This document shows, in pieces, positions 59,933 through 64,000 of a stretch of DNA of 64,000 bases. The stretch spans positions 1 through 64,000 of the forward strand of contig JBHHXN010000005.1 in NCBI GenBank assembly GCA_046757025.1. The letters run 5' to 3'. The translations under genes were made by a program, and so were the position numbers. Position 1 is the first letter of the stretch, and each line of letters begins with the position of its first letter. The DNA is from a bacterium. Its GTDB lineage: Bacteria > Zhuqueibacterota > Zhuqueibacteria > Oceanimicrobiales > Oceanimicrobiaceae. The notes under the pieces are model-generated. The model saw only the letters and a list, made by a program, of their open reading frames with translations. It made no database searches and was not told the DNA's origin.

Positions 59933-60361
59933 ATGCTATTTAATTTTGCCGCGATCTTAGTGTTTTTGCTTTTTGGTGCATTGTTTGTCGGCATAAATTT
60001 TCTTTTGTCCAGATTACTACAAACACGAAATCCTTTTCCCAGTAAAATCAGTACTTACGAATGTGGAGAGATTCCCGTAGGTGGCGGCTGGCTGCAATTC
60101 AATATCCGTTTTTACGTCATTGCGCTGATCTTTTTGATATTTGAAGTTGAAATCGTGTTTCTTTTTCCTTGGGCCGTGGTGTTTAAAAAGCTGGGCGCCT
60201 TTGCTTTTGTCGAAATGATGATTTTCATTGTGATATTGCTGGTGGGCCTAGCTTATGCCTGGGTGAAAGGCGATCTGGAATGGGACACGCCCACGAGCGT
60301 TCCCGCTGCTGAGCACCAAAATTTGATCACCAAATCCCTTACCAAAGAACTGGCTTCTTAA
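59933..60361 (+). CDS. nuoA: Complex I-like subunit A
   Basis: [38 protein letters not shown]. Confidence 0.95.
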   Translation: MLFNFAAILVFLLFGALFVGINFLLSRLLQTRNPFPSKISTYECGEIPVGGGWLQFNIRFYVIALIFLIFEVEIVFLFPWAVVFKKLGAFAFVEMMIFIVILLVGLAYAWVKGDLEWDTPTSVPAAEHQNLITKSLTKELAS

Positions 60362-60393
60362 ATCATGACTGGAAAGGAATCGAAAAAAAATTA

Positions 60394-61449
60394 ATGAGTG
60401 AATTTATTTCGGAGTTAGCCAGCAGTCAATCCTTTGTAAGTAGTCTTCCTGAATTATTAGTAATTACTATTTTTTTGCTTTTATCCGCACTTGTTTTTGC
60501 AGTGCTGGCGGCGCTGTTGGCGCTATTTGGCGTTTATTTAGAGCGCAAAATTTCAGCGCACATGCAGGATCGCCTTGGGCCCATGTATGTGGGCAGCTGG
60601 CATGGTTGGGCGCAAACATTAGCGGATGCCGTAAAACTGCTCATCAAAGAAGATATCGTGCCCGAGCGTGCGGATAAAAAGCTGCATCTGCTGGCGCCTT
60701 TTCTGGTTTTCGCGGCAACCCTGGCAGCGTTTGCCGTACTTCCGTTTGGAAGAAGGCTTATCGTGAGCGATTTGAATATCGGCATTTTATACGTCATCGC
60801 GATTTCGTCGTTCGTGGTGGTAGGCATCATTCTGGCGGGTTGGGCTTCCAACAACAAATGGTCTTTATTGGGCAGTATGCGCTCCGCCGCGCAGGTGGTG
60901 AGTTTTGAGATCCCAGCGGCGCTGTCAGTGCTGGTGGTGGTGATGGCCGTGGGTACTATGAACCTAGGCAGCATCGTAGTGTTTCAGGATGGGGGGATTC
61001 ACAAATGGCTGGTCTGGAAGTTTTTTCCTTTTAATTTCCTCGCTTTTTTAATTTATTTCGTAGCATCCCTGGCGGAAGTCAACCGAGCGCCTTTTGACAT
61101 CCCGGAAGCCGAATCAGAAATTGTGGCGGGATTTCACACGGAATACAGCGGCATGAAATGGGCCATGTTTTTTCTGTCTGAATATGCCAACATGTTTTTA
61201 GTGGGCGTCATCGGTGCCACGCTTTTTCTCGGCGGCTGGTCCAGTCCGTTTGGCGATTTCATGAATGGCGGAGGATTTTCCGTTTTCTGGATTTGTCTAA
61301 AAGCCTTCGGGCTGATTTTTCTGCAGATGTGGCTGCGCTGGACCTTACCGCGTGTGCGGGTGGACCAGCTCATGTACACCTGCTGGAAAGTGTTGACCCC
61401 GTTTGCTTTTTTGGCTATGATCGGTGTGGGAATTTACATGATTATATGA
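60394..61449 (+). CDS. nuoH: Complex I-like subunit H
   Basis: [59 protein letters not shown]. Confidence 0.96.
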   Translation: MSEFISELASSQSFVSSLPELLVITIFLLLSALVFAVLAALLALFGVYLERKISAHMQDRLGPMYVGSWHGWAQTLADAVKLLIKEDIVPERADKKLHLLAPFLVFAATLAAFAVLPFGRRLIVSDLNIGILYVIAISSFVVVGIILAGWASNNKWSLLGSMRSAAQVVSFEIPAALSVLVVVMAVGTMNLGSIVVFQDGGIHKWLVWKFFPFNFLAFLIYFVASLAEVNRAPFDIPEAESEIVAGFHTEYSGMKWAMFFLSEYANMFLVGVIGATLFLGGWSSPFGDFMNGGGFSVFWICLKAFGLIFLQMWLRWTLPRVRVDQLMYTCWKVLTPFAFLAMIGVGIYMII

Positions 61450-61453
61450 GACT

Positions 61454-61951
61454 ATGAATCTATTTGATATACTTTTTTACGCATTTGCTGCACTGGCTGT
61501 GTCCTCGGCAGCGATTATGGTGTTTTCGAAAAACGTGGTCTATTCTGCGGTGGGCCTGCTGTTTACGTTTGCCGGCGTTGCGGGGATCTATGTACTGTTA
61601 GCCGCCGATTTTTTGGCCATCGTGCAGATACTGGTATATGTGGGCGGCATTTTAATGCTGATTTTGTTTGGCATCATGCTTTCCCAGAGAATCACCAATG
61701 TTGAATTTCGAACCGGTGCGTTGCAGCTTTTTCCAGCGGTGCTGGTGGTCGGCGGGGTGCTGGCCATTTTGATCAGAATGATCTACAAAACGCCCTGGAA
61801 AACCGTACAAAATATCGATTTTAATCCATCCACCGAGGCCATCGGATTTTTGCTGATGACCGATTATTTGATTCCGTTTGAAATCGTTTCCGTGCTGTTG
61901 TTGGCTGCTTTGATCGGCGCCGCTTTCATTGCCAGAAAGGAGCAAAGTTGA
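61454..61951 (+). CDS. nuoJ: Complex I-like subunit J
   Basis: ADFLAIVQILVYVGGI, YLIPFEIVSVLLL. Confidence 0.94.
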   Translation: MNLFDILFYAFAALAVSSAAIMVFSKNVVYSAVGLLFTFAGVAGIYVLLAADFLAIVQILVYVGGILMLILFGIMLSQRITNVEFRTGALQLFPAVLVVGGVLAILIRMIYKTPWKTVQNIDFNPSTEAIGFLLMTDYLIPFEIVSVLLLAALIGAAFIARKEQS

Positions 61952-62259
61952 TGACCATTACTTTAACTCATTATCTGACTTTAAGCGCCGTTCTCTTTTC
62001 GCTGGGTCTTTTGTGTGTCATCACGAAAAAGAATGCCATCGCCGTGCTCATGGGAGTGGAATTGATTTTAAATGCCGCCAATATCAACTTCGTGGCCTTT
62101 GCGCGATTCGTGGACACCGACTTGGACGGACAGGTGTTTGCTATTTTCGTGATCGTCACCGCAGCGGCAGCGGCGGCGGTTGCTCTGGCCATCGTTTTGA
62201 ATTTATATGAACGACTAAAATCCATCGATCTGGATGAAGCGGATTCGTTAGCCCGGTAG
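61951..62259 (+). CDS. nuoK: Complex I-like subunit K
   Basis: HYLTLSAVLFSLG, LMGVELILNAANIN, GQVFAIFV. Confidence 0.94.
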   Translation: MTITLTHYLTLSAVLFSLGLLCVITKKNAIAVLMGVELILNAANINFVAFARFVDTDLDGQVFAIFVIVTAAAAAAVALAIVLNLYERLKSIDLDEADSLAR

Positions 62260-62297
62260 GATACGGAGTTGAATTCACTGAAAGAGTAAAATAGTCT

Positions 62298-64000
62298 ATG
62301 ATTACCAACGCCATTTTGATTTTACTTTTGCCGATATGTGCATTTACCATTCAAATTTTTCTTGGTAAAAGATTGCCGCGAAAAGGGGACTGGCTGCCGA
62401 CCGGCGCCATGTTTATCGCGTTCTTTTTAGCGGTTCCCATTTTTTGGCAAGCCCTTTCGCAGTATGATCCCGACTTCAAAATTACCCGGACCTGGAATTG
62501 GATCGATTTTGGCGCCGTGTCGGTTTCGTTCGGAATCCACATCGACAATTTGACCGCGATCATGTTGATCGTGGTGACTCTGATCAGCGCGCTCATTCAT
62601 CTCTATTCCATCGGCTACATGCACGGCGATGCGCGCTACAGCCGGTATTTTGCTTATTTATCGCTGTTTTCTTTCTCCATGCTAGGCCTGATTTTAGTCG
62701 ATAACTTTTTCGGCATTTACATTTTTTGGGAATTGGTGGGATTATCGTCCTACCTGCTCATCGGATTCTGGTTTGAAAAAGATTCGGCTGCCAACGCCGG
62801 CAAGAAGGCTTTTATCACCAATCGTATAGGGGATGTGGGGATGTTCGCCGGCATTCTGATTATATTTACCTCTCTGGGCGTGTTAAATTTTGAAGAAGTT
62901 TTCAAAAACGTGGCCGACGGTCATCTCAGTGGCGGATTGTTGACCGCCGCCGGCATTTTGATCTTTTGCGGCGCCGTGGGCAAATCAGCGCAATTTCCAC
63001 TGCACGTTTGGCTGCCCGACGCCATGGAAGGTCCGACGCCGGTCAGCGCGTTGATCCACGCCGCAACCATGGTTGCGGCCGGAGTGTATCTGGTGGGCCG
63101 CGTTTTCGTATTTTTCACCGCCGATGCGCTGCTGGTGATCGCCTACATCGGCACCATCACCGCTTTTATGGCAGCTACTATTGCTATCGTTCAAAAAGAT
63201 ATCAAACGAGTTTTGGCTTATTCTACCATAAGCCAGCTGGGGTATATGATGGTCGGCCTGGGTACGGGAGGGTATACCGCAGGCCTTTTCCATCTCACCA
63301 CACATGCATTTTTCAAAGCCCTGCTGTTTCTGGGCTCGGGCAGCGTCATTCATGCTGTGCACACCCAGGACATGAGTGAAATGGGTGGGTTGCGCAAAAA
63401 AATGCCCATCACGTTTGTGACATTTTTAATCGCAACTTTAGCGATTTCCGGGGTGCCTCCTTTGTCCGGTTTCTGGAGCAAAGACGCCATTTTAGCGGCA
63501 TCCCTTGAGTTTGGCATGACGCACCCGCAGCATTTAATCATTTTTATCGTTATGTTGTTATCTGCAGGCATTACCGCTTTTTACATGTTTCGATTGGTTT
63601 ATCTAACTTTTACCGGCAGTGCAAGAGTAAAAGAAAAATTTGATCATGCCCACGAATCGCCGCTGGTGATGACCCTCCCGTTGTCGATTCTGGCGCTCTT
63701 TTCAGTGGGTACCATCTGGTGGGGATGGTATGCGCATTTGATGCCTACACCCGAATTAACTTCGTATGCCAGTGTGGTCGGACACGCGGTGGAATCACAC
63801 GCAGGCGCACACGAATCCTCCGCACATCTGGCCCACAACATCGCCCTGGTGCTTTCTGTGGTGGTAGCGGGGTTGGGAATCCTGATTGCCACTGCCACCT
63901 ACTACTGGAAAAAAATCTCCGCAGAAGCCTGGGGCAGGCGATTGCAGCCAATTTACAAATTATTGTGGAATAAATATTATTTCGATGAGCTGTATGGCGC
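62298..64000 (+). CDS. nuoL: Complex I-like subunit L (partial, runs off window)
   Basis: Manual translation: IHLYSIGYMHGD, WELVGLSSYLLIGFW, NRIGD, GKSAQFPLHVWLPDAMEGPTPVSALIHAATMV, THAFFKALLFL. Confidence 0.95.
   Translation, partial: MITNAILILLLPICAFTIQIFLGKRLPRKGDWLPTGAMFIAFFLAVPIFWQALSQYDPDFKITRTWNWIDFGAVSVSFGIHIDNLTAIMLIVVTLISALIHLYSIGYMHGDARYSRYFAYLSLFSFSMLGLILVDNFFGIYIFWELVGLSSYLLIGFWFEKDSAANAGKKAFITNRIGDVGMFAGILIIFTSLGVLNFEEVFKNVADGHLSGGLLTAAGILIFCGAVGKSAQFPLHVWLPDAMEGPTPVSALIHAATMVAAGVYLVGRVFVFFTADALLVIAYIGTITAFMAATIAIVQKDIKRVLAYSTISQLGYMMVGLGTGGYTAGLFHLTTHAFFKALLFLGSGSVIHAVHTQDMSEMGGLRKKMPITFVTFLIATLAISGVPPLSGFWSKDAILAASLEFGMTHPQHLIIFIVMLLSAGITAFYMFRLVYLTFTGSARVKEKFDHAHESPLVMTLPLSILALFSVGTIWWGWYAHLMPTPELTSYASVVGHAVESHAGAHESSAHLAHNIALVLSVVVAGLGILIATATYYWKKISAEAWGRRLQPIYKLLWNKYYFDELYG

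Overview
This is a 64-kb, mostly plus-strand housekeeping region of a bacterial chromosome. Gene content (PorV/PorZ-like proteins, FlgD-Ig/T9SS-like C-termini, BamD, a DUF1713-type small protein) suggests an FCB-group diderm such as KSB1 or Calditrichota; this is inference. Core genes: hflKC-miaA, tRNA-Gly(CCC), der, xseA/xseB, nadK, mutS, yicC-gmk-rpoZ-coaBC-udg-dnaB-rel, ruvX, bamD-nadD-plsC, class II RNR nrdJ divergent from ribD-ribE-ribBA-ribH, recN, dnaE and a nuoA-H-J-K-L cluster cut by the window end. The most interesting signal is intergenic. (1) About ten small non-autonomous elements with terminal inverted repeats (TIRs) and, in most cases, target-site duplications (TSDs) belong to several TIR families, and many carry the same kind of REP-like hairpins. 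One (59367-59805) still holds a decayed GIY-YIG nuclease gene between its hairpins, suggesting a TIR-REP-nuclease-REP-TIR composite system. (2) A lone integron gene cassette with an attC site sits at a secondary site over a stop codon. Smaller oddities: a membrane-arm-only nuo cluster whose NuoK lacks a conserved Glu, a DnaE with FVKPH instead of FNKSH, an Lnt N-terminal-only protein, a hyperacidic protein, tandem NrdR boxes and a sigma54 promoter with upstream palindromes. I found no CRISPR array, rRNA, intact transposase or integrase. All calls are by eye, without database searches.
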